NCBI GenBank assembly: GCA_036172245.1
Contig: JAYWIR010000029.1
Span: forward strand, 372,001 to 436,000
Direction of reading: 5' to 3'
Source of the DNA: Raillietiella orientalis
Taxonomy: Eukaryota
Length of the DNA stretch: 64,000 nt
Positions 52,901-64,000 of this stretch are shown here, piece after piece. A program made the translations under genes and the position numbers. The notes under the pieces were generated by a model. The model did no database searches and was not told the origin of the DNA. It saw nothing but the letters and a program-made list of their open reading frames with translations. Positions within the stretch are counted from its first letter, which is position 1. Each line of letters opens with the position of its first letter.

Positions 52901-55692
52901 TCTTCCATCTTTCCGTAGAGTCTGCAACTACGTTGCACCATTCCGTACTTGTGTTTGGAAAGGACATTGTGCACACATCATCCCAAACTTGTTTTCGAAC
53001 CGAATTCCGTAGAAACGGTCAACTCACGGACCTCGACACCAGAATCATTTTTTCCCACCTTTTAGCTATTATTACTGGCATCTACTAATTCCATCCAAGA
53101 TTATCGCTATGATTATGGAATGCAACAAACCTTTAAAAGTGCAGAAGGAATGCAATACGGCTTTTGTGTATGTATAACGGAATGTTGCCGTCCTCATTAA
53201 TAATTAAAATCCTGTTGTTTTGAAATAATGAGTTAATGTATTCGTAAAATCACGTGAAAATAGTCATAGGAAACAAAATTTCTGGAATACAACTCGCTCG
53301 ATTGATCTTGAAGGTTCAGATTGAAATAATAAGCTAATCATCTTCTATCCATTGGTTTTCCAGGTTCCGGCTCACAGTGGCTGAAGAAAATGTTTTATTA
53401 CTATTAAAAATTCATTTGCTTAACACCCAGTAGATACGATTGAAGACTTACGGATACGATTTTGAACGTTCGAAACACTGGTTATTAGTATTGAAGAAAA
53501 AAAAATAAAAAAATGGCCACTCTTTAGAATTTCCGCCCTAAAAGAGGACATTAGTTAATGCACACGATGCATGTGCATTCTAAAACGCCTAATAAGATAA
53601 ATAAACCAAGAAAAGGAGGTTTGGGTAAATTAATGTGTCATTCTGTCTGGTGAAAAACAGGTTTCTTTATTCTGTACCGTTGTCCCATATGACTGAAGGT
53701 CCGGAAGTGTTTTTCTTATCTCACTTATCCGAATTTATTACTTCTTCTAAACACTTGACGTTATTCAAAGTGTTTCTGCTTTATTCTTTGAAATTAGATA
53801 TTTATCTTGATTTGCAAACATCTTTCAGCGAATAAAGTGAATGCAACTTTCATTCCCTTAAAGTCCTTATCGGAATGCCATTCTTAGTCACGGAAGAAAT
53901 AATCTCTCGAGTTTTTTCTCTGTCTGTTGATTCGTTTGAGTTTCAACGAATGTGTCGTTCATAAATGAATCGCTTCCGATTCGATAACTTGCGAGAGCTT
54001 TTTTCTTCTTCATCATTCTGGGGTCCAAGTTCTAGTTTTTCCTTATCCCTCATCCCGCTGTCACTGTTGCAATTCTTGTCGACCTTCCATTCGCGAGGTC
54101 TCACGAGACAGTTTTACCATCGTTTTTGCTGCTCTCAATCTTAAAGATCCTCTTTTAGGTTCCTACGTTAAATTTTTTTGTGTTTTTCGTAGTCAATCCG
54201 TCAGTCATCAGGAATTGCAGAAGTTGTATTCTCAGGAAAGTATCATTGCACGGCATCCCTCTCACCTCACTGAGAAAATTTCTGCATCAGATTCTTACAC
54301 CCGTCTGCGGGAACCATGGCTGAAGTTCTTCTGGAGTAGCTATTTTTGAAAGATGCCTCCACAATTCTGTTTCTTGGGTGTGGATCTCTTTGCATGCTGG
54401 ACTTGACAGACGATAGGCCCTCATGCCAAACGAAGACCATTTTACCATCGTGGCCTCGTATGCTTTCATTGGAAATGAAGGGTTGCTGGACAAAACTTTA
54501 GGCGGAAATCAAACGGTGATGTTTGTTAGATGTTGTCGTCGATGTGAATGTTCTTTCCGGATTGGAATCGTCTCGTCTTCTTGTCTTCCAAGTTGAATGA
54601 ACAGGATGAACTTCTCCAGTTTTACCATGCTTTAGGTTCTCTTTATTAGAGTTGGGCCAACTTGGCGAATACGCTGGAAGGGCATAGGTGTTTGTAGGTG
54701 TGAACTACATCATGTTCACTACGCAAGCGCGTAATGTGCGTGTACTTAATGTACATTGACTTGGAGATTTTCGTTAGCCGATTATGACACGTTTTTTTTA
54801 TTGCGAGGAAAACCGATATCAGAAGATAGGATTTCACTGTTTATTTTTACAGCAGCCACGCTTTTTGCTGCACGCGCACTCGTGTCGATTTCCATGCTTC
54901 GAAATTTCTATAAATACAGCCAAGTTGGGATTCTTCCTGTCGATTTGCTAATGATTGAGAACCGGGCAAGCCGTTATGTTGATTCGCGGGTGTTTCTGTA
55001 CATCTTTCTGCTGGTGCAAGCTCGTAAAAGGAACCCTCCATTCATCTACCCACGGGATTCATCATCCCAATCCGAGGTTGGGCGACTTCAGACGGGTAGA
55101 GCAGGAATATATATATACCTTCTTGTTTGCAATCCAGATCGCATATTGCACGCTGATGTGTTCTACTGAACGAATGAGATGATATTCACATGTCTGATGC
55201 ACCCCTCGATTCGAATCCATGAAACGGAACAGAGGAACGGGTTATAGCCGGGAGGCAGCTTGCGATCCCAAAGTTCAAGGGGTACAGGATGAGATTTTTG
55301 AGAAAAACTTTTCAGCCATCAGAGTAAGAGGTGGACGGAAGGGGAAAGCATTCTTCCGTTCAATTCTTCACAAAGGCACTCGGCAGATCGAAAGTTGCAT
55401 TTGTTCCGGGCACTGACCACTGTGATCATCCTGCGAACGCAGACATCAGTTGTCCGCAAACTGATATCTGTGTGCTCCTGGTTTCAGAAACGCAGCATCT
55501 TTATTTCTCGTCAAAAAAGCAGAACTAATGAAATGTTTTTCTTTACAAAGGTGACAATGGCTGAGCGAGCTTCAGCAGAACTGGCATGCAAGGATCCTAA
55601 TCCGATCATTGATGGAAGGAAAGCGAATGTAAATCTCGCCTACCTTGGTGCCAAACCTAGAGGGAATTACGTCGCTGGAGATCTGTTGACAG
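49953..55692 (+). CDS. RBM24: RBM24/RBM38 (SEB4/SUP-12 family) single-RRM RNA-binding protein, 5' part; later exons not identified in the window
   Basis: Exon 49953-50201 ([20 protein letters not shown]...[11 protein letters not shown]|gtaagt) and exon 55551-~55692 ([37 protein letters not shown]), joined by a phase 0 intron. A 5'UTR intron lies at 49886-49940. Confidence 0.92.
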
Positions 55693-58600
55693 GTTGTATG
55701 ATTTGCTTTACTCTTCATTTCCGATTGATGCTAAATAAAATTCAAGAAAAAAAAAAAAAAAAGAGTGAAAAGGCCTTTTATCAACCGAAGCTGCTAAGGG
55801 AAGGATCGCCCTTCAAAGGGTTGCTTGACAAAGCGTAGCATCAATTACGAGGAAACGGGCGCACTAAGCCTGATCTTGGTGATCGTTCCGTGCTGCTCAG
55901 GGCGGCGGGAGAGAAATTTGTCAGCCCTCTCATCGCAAGAAGATCCACATGGCTTTTCTTCCTCCTGAAAAATCCCCAGATAATGCCACTAGTTAGAACG
56001 TCACCCCTCCTCATCCCGTCTATGACTGTCCCCTTTGGAATCGGGAGGGCAATGTTTCATGTGCAAGGAAAGCACCAGAAACACAAGAGTCTACCATCAG
56101 AATGCGAGAACACGGTCCTCGAGTCTCCTTCTCTACAGTGGTGAACTTTTCTCACTTTGAAAGTCGCCTCTCACATGGAATTCCATGTTTCGGCCCCAAA
56201 GGCTGCAAGCTCACCGAAACAAAAACAAAACAAATGAACAAAAATGAATCATGACGTTCTTTCAAACGCATCTGTAGATAAATGTGATTAAGATATACAT
56301 TAGAAAACAGAAAGATCAGAGCTGATCGTCGGAAGGAAAACTGGAATCACGAGATGAAATGACGTAAAAGAAGCATTTTTTGTTTGAGGCTCTTCCTGCT
56401 CCATTTGAGAAAGTTGGAGAATTCCCCCAAGCATCATATGAAAGAGAATCTAAAATCAGCGAAAGTCAACTTCGAACAACAAATCCACCTGGTCAACAGA
56501 AAGCGAGATCACACAGAAAGAAGGGACCGTGAGAGGGGTAGAAGGAAAACCTCTTTTCCCTTGGAAAAGACCTTTCCAGTTTCTCATACACACTCTAAGG
56601 ACTATTCTTGCATACTTTATGGAGGCGTAGACGTTGCCAATTGCATCCCAGCTCATGAAATAATCAAGGGCGAGAGTAACGGGATGGATCGTCTCCGAAA
56701 AGGATTTTCCAAGAATGGAGGTATCTGAAGATCCTTACATAGAAGATTCGAGTTCGAAGTCCTCTGTACCAAAACCAAGTATGTACCGGGTGAGAACATT
56801 TGGGTTCATGTTCCTTTGCTGTCAGAAACAGCAAAGGAGCATGAAAAATATGAAGCATTCCTTCAGCAAGGAGAGGAGGAAGTGACAAGACGGCAAGGCT
56901 GAAATTCACCGTAGCTGTTGTCCCAACCTAGGTTTCAATGACAACCTAGTTCGTGTTCATTTCTACTTTCTTGAAGCGCACGATTTACAAGGAGTTTGAG
57001 TGGAAGAAAACATCTTGAGCTGACTTGAAAATGTGGAAACGGGTACTGAAAGCATTTTGCTCAGGAGAAATTTCGCTTCTCATAGCAGCAACATCGACAT
57101 TAATCAGTCGTTGAAGCATATCCCGGGCTCATAGTATTTAACTCATGTGCTGTGAAAGCAACAGTTAGTTACCCTGGATTTCTGAAAGTCAGTGAAACGC
57201 TGTTGCATGCTCACAAAGTGCATGTCTCTATTTTTCGAAGACAATCATGGATCCAGAGAGGTCAAATAAAGACTGCCAAAAGAAATCAAGCAAGGATTTC
57301 ATTAGCTAAAGATGTGATCATCTGTGTCTGAAAGTGCCAATTAGAAATCTCATCTTTGGTGGCAATAATTTCCTTTATTCACTTGAGGAAAACATTTCTT
57401 CGAAACTAAGGCAACCTCTTGGTGTGATGGTCAGTACGTCATCGCTATTATGCTTATCACCTCAGAGAGATAAGTGCAAACACTCACATATTTCCATAAG
57501 GTTTCGGTAAATGCATTCCTCAGTTCATCTCAATTCGTGAATCCATAATTACAGTTTCCTTGCTTCAGAATTCTGAGAAAGCTTTTCCGAGACTTTTGTC
57601 TGCTCCCAGGTGTCATAGGTCCTTAAGACTATGAAGTTAGTCTCCGAAAACATCAGATGGGATTCGAGATAAATTTTCTATTTTGGATCAGGATGTCATT
57701 ACTGTAACTTCAAGCGATTCGAGCAGTGTGAACTGGAAACGTCATCTTCGACCGAATCACAATGACTCCGCGCCTTTCTCTACATTTGCGAGTGGTTCTT
57801 CATCTCATATGTCCTGTTGATTCAGGAAATAACAAATATGCTTTTCTCAAAATACAGAATCATAGTGACTGGTTTTCTGTGAGGTTCTGTGCTGAAGAGA
57901 GGAGGAACGGAAGAAAATTATCAAGAGGATAAAAGGACAATTCTGCACTGTTACTTTGAGGGACTCGAGATGAGCGACACGAGCTATACCTTTCGGAGGT
58001 GAAGAACATGGGATTCATTCTCATTCTTCCTGCTTCCCTTTGCAGAACGCTCACTGAAATTAATCTTCCTTCGGAAATATCTATTGTGAAAGAACGGAAC
58101 GGAAGCTCTCTCCTACTCCCCCCCCATTCCCCACCCCCACTCCCCAATACAGTTTTTTTTTTTAAAGAAATCTATTCCCATGCTTTCGCTTTCGCTCCAG
58201 ATACCTGGATAATTTTGTGTAGTCAGGTAGCACTGTGAGACGCTACCTTGACTACCCGACTGGAATGGATATTGTAAGACACATGATCCAAGTGTGACGT
58301 TCTCTGAAGCAGAGTCACAGACAAAACCGGATTGAGCACTCTAGCGGCTGCAATACAGCACTTCTTATTGCTCTCTCTTAGAGAGGAGGGTAGGGGTCGT
58401 GACGGAAGCGACAGATACCTATATCGTCGCACCAGAAGGGAATTCTTTTAATTAGCTGAATGTTCATCTCGTTGTTTCTGTTCGTTGCGCCGAACAGGAA
58501 TCAATAACCTTACCAAGACGATGAAACCGAAATTACCAATCAGTTCTCGAGGTGGATTTTAAAGGTCTCTAGGTGGAGCCGTCCGTTCTCAGGGTGCACT

Positions 58601-60991
58601 TGTTTTGCATCTGCTCTCGTCTTTCAATGAATTTCGAGCTAGGGAATCGACTTTTCACTTTTGCATTGTGCATCCGGCAATCCCCGAGTGTTGCGTTTCC
58701 ACTTGGAAACGAAGACGATGAGCGAAAATGTTTCAAAGCTTCGGTTTGATAAAACAAGATAAATAGCCCGTTTGAAATTCTGCAGTAAATACTGACTAAT
58801 AAATATGTGCGAAATTATGGCTGAATGGGTTGATGATGACGATGAATGCTCAAGGAAAATCAACTGAACCACGGGTCATGAAGTATTCATGACCTGACAT
58901 CAGGATGAAAGTAGTTTGCTAATACATCCTGTAAATAGAATGCTCCCACCTCTCAATGTTCACGAATAAAAAGGAAATGAAAATTGCATAAATTTCTCAA
59001 AACTCTCCCACAAACAAGTGCCAGACCCCACTTCGCATGCCAGTTAATTACAATGACTTTACAAGTGTTTCTTAACCAAAATGATTTCACAACTCATCAA
59101 CGAAGTTTCTTTCTTGCCCAGGTCTTCCTCTAGGATTACGATCAGCTTATTCTGCTGTTTTCCCTAGTCAGTATGGGTAAGTCGCCTCTTTCTTGTATTT
59201 TGATACAGAAACCTTCGAAGAAATTCATGAATTACCGTTTCAAATCTCATATTCAGGTCATTGAACTTGAAGAACAGAACCTTTTCTTTATATTGCTTTC
59301 CAATGAATTTCTTCGTGTTGGAATCAAATGTGTACATTTTCGTTTAGTAAGGCACACCGATGATCTCTTTGCATCAGTTTCTTGAAGCCCGACAAGAGTT
59401 GTAACTGTCTCATCCATCGCTCTATCATTCTGAATCTCGATTCGTACTGAATTTCTTACCGAGGAGTGTCGGAGGGAAGAGATAACCAGTAGCGTTCTGT
59501 AACGTTAGGTCCTACCCAACGGAAGATAATGTTAAGGAAGAAACCGAATTCTCAGTAGGCGTAGATAAACGCGTTTTTAACACTGGTTCGATGCTTAATC
59601 ATGCACTCTTACTCCTGTTACCACTTTTGGGGTAAAAAAAAAAAAAAAGAAAGAAAAGAAAAGGAAAGAAAAAGAAAAAAGCACGAGAATTGATCTCAAT
59701 TTCGACCACAAAAAATTGATAGTCCAAATTTTCGCAAATGACAAAAAATTGCAGCTGCTCATAAATAATTTGTTGCGTCGAACGCGATTTGCAGGCATAT
59801 TTATGCCTGTCGCACAAGTCACATTCGTTTTGCTGGATCTAGCCGGAAGATCTAGCTCCTCGCAAGGTTACGATAAAGCGCTTAATTAAGGTCAGGTCAG
59901 AAGCGAAGCTCACCACTTCCCTGAACGATATTGATTTTTTGAAACTTTTCTTGAGAAGAGAGTTTGCATCATTCTGTTAGTACGGACAGTAACATTCTGA
60001 ACTTGTTTACTCACTTTGATGAATGACAACCAGAGCATCTCAGGAAGACAATAAAAGTCACTAAGGCACATTCCATGGTAAGATAAATTTTAAACTGAAA
60101 TTCATGAGATATTCCTAGTGAGGAAAGCCGATGTTATTATCCCTGCTGACACGCTTTTCTTGATCCGCATTCTAGAGTCACCATCACTTTGTTGTCAGGG
60201 GGAATGCTGGCTTCTTTTCCTCGTAGCTTTCAAGATGTCGTCTTCCATCCCGGATGTAACATTTTCATTCATTGTCCTTACCCCGTACTTCTCTCGATCC
60301 GAACTGCTTACGGTACCCACACTCAACATATACGTCCAAGTGCATCAGTGACAGATAGATTGTGCCCGCGGGAAAAAACAGTGCTGTTGGTTCCTTCCTT
60401 CCACCTTAGGGTGTGTTATCAAATGCGTATCGGATTTCAAATGGATGACTCAGAGTCTTTACCGAGCTTTGGGTTTTCGAGGATGAGCGTGAGAAGAGAG
60501 AAAATAGAGAGACACATAGAGAGAAAAATCGGGCTAACAAGTTCATTTATGCGTTCCAGACTCACTGAGAACAACTCCATTCCATCTATTCAGTTTTTAG
60601 GTTGTTTTTCCTTTTCATGGTGCATTGGTGGTCCTCGAACCTGAAAACCGGGAACTTGAGCAGGAGCAGGATTTCTCAGTCATCGAGTTCTTTGCCATTT
60701 AGAATCCCTTTCCAGAAATCTGGAGGGATGCCATCATGGCTTGTAGAGGATGCATCTACAGTCGGCTCATTCGTTTCCCACTTAAAATCGACGAGCCTTT
60801 TCGCCTTCTACTGGTCGCACTGAGAAAATGGCGTGCTAATCCGTGCTCCATGTAAGGGGCTGTGTTCCTTGTAGCACTTGAACCCTGTTGGACGCGAGTT
60901 CAAAAAATGAAAGAAGTCTAAAAGAAAAGAAGGCTAAAAACAAGTGCAGGGAATATTTACTTTTCGACTTCTTCATAACACAAAGTTCCTC

Positions 60992-61038
<47 letters not shown>

Positions 61039-62399
61039 GCAGTTTTGGCTCCCATCGTTTTGGGAAATATGGGTGTTCGAGATAGCTAATCTCGAATTCT
61101 GTTCATAGGGGCAAGAATTCTGAGTCGATCCGTTTACGTCTTCTAAGGGAAACTCAGCATCCGAAGAAGAAAGCCACAATCCTAATCACCGCCATGAACG
61201 TTTCTTTGTCTCGAGGAAATCGCCTTTCCTTCTGGATCCAACCACGCAGTTGTACTCCGTGTGCTCTTGCCAGTCATCCTTATGAATTAGTTATTTTTTG
61301 TCCGTCTGTATCTTTCTCCTGGTTCCTTTTTGAGGGTGTTGGATTACCGAAGACAGACAAGCTTGAAACATGGAGAAGGACCTTTTGAAGCTTGTTTCCG
61401 GATTCAGGGGTTTTCCAGTCAATTCAGAGCTTGCTAGCTGGTAGCATGAAGAACACAGGTGTTGCCGATGAATTAATTGTCGTTTTCCGTGATTCAAAGA
61501 GCCCTCAAGTTGAAGCCTGCTAAATGTGAAATGGATCGGGGACACGTTGTTCAAGAAAAGCAGGATGCAATCTTTCCTCCAGTTTTTGAGAGTTCTGTTC
61601 CTTTCCTCTCGTCGTTAGTCTCGTCGACAGTTCTATGGAAATGAAAAGTGCCTCCGTTGAAGAAGGAAGTATCTTGTTCTACTGGAGATTTCACGATTAG
61701 AAGATATCAGTCAAGAGTAACGCTGGATAAGTTCCACTCTTTATCCCTTAATAAAAGTCGACGAATTACACATGTACCTTTCGATGCATGGACTTTTGGC
61801 AGTTGAGCCTCCTCTCTCGTTCCACAGGGTCGCAGCTTCCCGAATCCTTAGAATCTGTTCTTCTTAATCTCTTCGAAAAATGCTCCCTTTCGATCCGTTC
61901 TTTTCGCGTGTTTGGGGCATGTCAGCCTCCTAGCTTGTTCTGCATGTAGGTAGGAGGATCTCAGGAACCGAAAAGACGGATGCTGCCTTCCCAATAATCA
62001 CTTTTCTCCTATTTTCTGAAAATTACGTTCTTTTGGTCCTTTTCCAGCCTTCCACGAAGCGGGGAAAACATCACGCTCATTCCTGGTCACTGGCGTCGAG
62101 CGCATCCTTCATCGTGGTTTGCCGGTGTTCTTTCCATTCCGAAACCACCTTTTATCGTACGACAACCTTTTCTGCAACCGCGCGTTGCTGTCCACCAATC
62201 CGATGCTTGGTGTTAACGTGGACGAATCGGAGAGTCCCCGCTTTCCGATGCTCTTCCAATCGCGTCATTCATCTGGGAGGCATTTGGTTTCTTCGGATCG
62301 CAAACGCCTCGGGTCGTGACCAAGCGGATTCGTCTCTTCATCGAAAAATGAAAAAAAAAAAACAAAAGAAACAAAAACACTGTCTCTTCGCGACAGTCG

Positions 62400-62935
62400 C
62401 CGAATTCACTTTTTCGTCGGGAACCTTGTCCTTTGCAAACACGCGAATGCACCGAATCCTCCTCGGAAGGTAAGCTTCCAGAAGTCCCATCTCTCCTTCC
62501 CTCAGAAGTCCACCTTTGTTCGTTCTTCTCCGGGGAGCTTCTCATACTCCTCGCCAGGGGCCCTTCGCGTGTCTCGTTGTTCCTGTGACTCTTGAACTCT
62601 TCTTCATTAATTGTAAGCATGGACGACCGCTTTGGGTTTGTCCCTGTCACGCGCATGTTTCCCGAGATGGAAAGGAGATTCGGATGCTGCCCGATGATAC
62701 GCTGCAACCACGTTCCTCGAATGAAGCAACTGTAGGCGTTCCTTCTCATCAGATCAGAGACCACTAACCCCTTGCATTCCTTGATCTGATGGACGGGGAT
62801 GTTTTCCATCTCTTCCGAAGAAGCTTGTCGAGCAGGGATATCCCTGCTCCCCGAGGTTTGCGAAAGAGCCCTTGAGATTCTGTTTTTTCCGATTGCTCCT
62901 ACGTGATTCGGCTGGCGTAGAGGTTCTCTTGACAT
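62400..62935 (-). mobile_element. Possible decayed LINE ORF2 fragment, downstream of RBM24 exon 2 (probably intronic)
   Basis: GC-elevated. HQIKECKGLVVSDL...W.QRI resembles the post-RT 'K..GGL...DL...W+.R' motif of L1-type ORF2. Confidence 0.3.
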
Positions 62936-64000
62936 TTTTCGTGGTTACGCCTATCCCTTTGGTCATCCTTCCATCCTCTTTCATTTTTTCTTCCCTCTGC
63001 CCCGATGGTGTTCTTTTACTCTGCTTCTCTCGCACAAGCAGCTTAGCGATTTACATCTGATGGAGCTCTCTTACAGTTTTATGGAAAGAGAATTCGTGGA
63101 AGCTTGTCAATCTAAAGGCGAGTGGTCTGAAGAGAACCTGCTGAAAACGGAATCAGCCTTTGGGATTTATCCAAAATTCCATCCAGCCTGCTGCAACACA
63201 CAGTCGTGTGCATCAAGAAAAAAAGGGTTTCTCTGATAATATGTTTGCTACCATTACTGAGATCAAAGATGAGATAAGTTAAGCTCATGGGCTCATGATT
63301 CGTGCCTTTGATCCGCCGTGTAGCATTCTCACCTTCCACGTTTCTTTTCCTGCCCCTAGCCTTTCTCAGTACAATAGAACCTCGTATAACGCGACGAAAA
63401 AATGGCCTTCTTTAACGCGGTGAATCAGCCCCGTACGACACTATCGATAGATTCTGATTTTGCGCCTTTAGGAAGAAAACGAACACATCATTTAAGTAGC
63501 TTGACTTTTGTTTTATTTAAATTTTTGTGAATAAAGTAGAGCAAGCAGATACGTTTTTCAACAACAGGAATGACAGAGCTCCGACTAGAGTTGTCTAAAA
63601 CTGATGAGACGTCAAGAAAACTCTAAAAGTTTTTTTTCTACTTTACCTTGCATAATAAATAAACACTGATAAGTAGCGTTTCTTTTTTCTTTGAAATGAA
63701 ATAACAAATATTCTACTGTTATGACGTTTAAGATACATTTTATATCTTCCATAAATAAGGTCATATAACCCATAGGCATCGTATAACGCGGCAGGGATCA
63801 CACTATCCACAAGTGACTGGCCAGTACTCTGAATCAGATTACAGATCAACCCAGTTTCCATATTCTCTATTATTGGCTCTCCATCCTCCCTCTTCTCTGT
63901 CCAATAAAGCCGTTAATAAAGCGTTTCTCATTCACGTCGTATCATCGTCATCACTTTTTCCTCTTTACCTGCATCTTATTTTGATCATCAGTACCACGAG

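Noticed and set aside
54250..56950. GC-elevated patches flanking RBM24 exon 2
   Set aside because: Possibly old TE debris, but there are no motifs strong enough to call.
60994..61038. T32-A13 homopolymer palindrome
   Set aside because: Low complexity; homopolymer length is unreliable and there is no associated element.
63585..63625. Hammerhead-like CTGATGA...GAAA with AGAGT/ACTCT pairing
   Set aside because: Stem I cannot form, stem II is weak, and the cleavage-site base would be G.

Overview
AT-rich eukaryotic (animal) genomic DNA; the eIF3L sequence looks arthropod-like. It holds four spliced host genes reconstructed by hand. eIF3L (+, 12313-16391, 9 coding exons, ~519 aa). A senataxin/Sen1-like SF1B helicase with an unexpected N-terminal FHA domain on three small exons the ORF track only partly shows (-, 22578-30629, ~1497 aa). 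A divergent DIPK2A/C3orf58-like kinase (-, 37751-39951, ~387 aa). The 5' part of an RBM24/RBM38 RRM gene (+, from 49953). Between them lie decayed non-LTR retrotransposons: two L1/Tx1-like families and a Utopia/NeSL-like REL fragment nested inside one of them. Highlights are the FHA-senataxin architecture, covarying RNA hairpins at LINE 3' ends that lack poly(A) tails, fold-back hairpins at rearrangement junctions, a TSD-flanked inverted duplication, and several 39-47 nt introns. All homology calls rest on motif recognition by eye; no searches were run.
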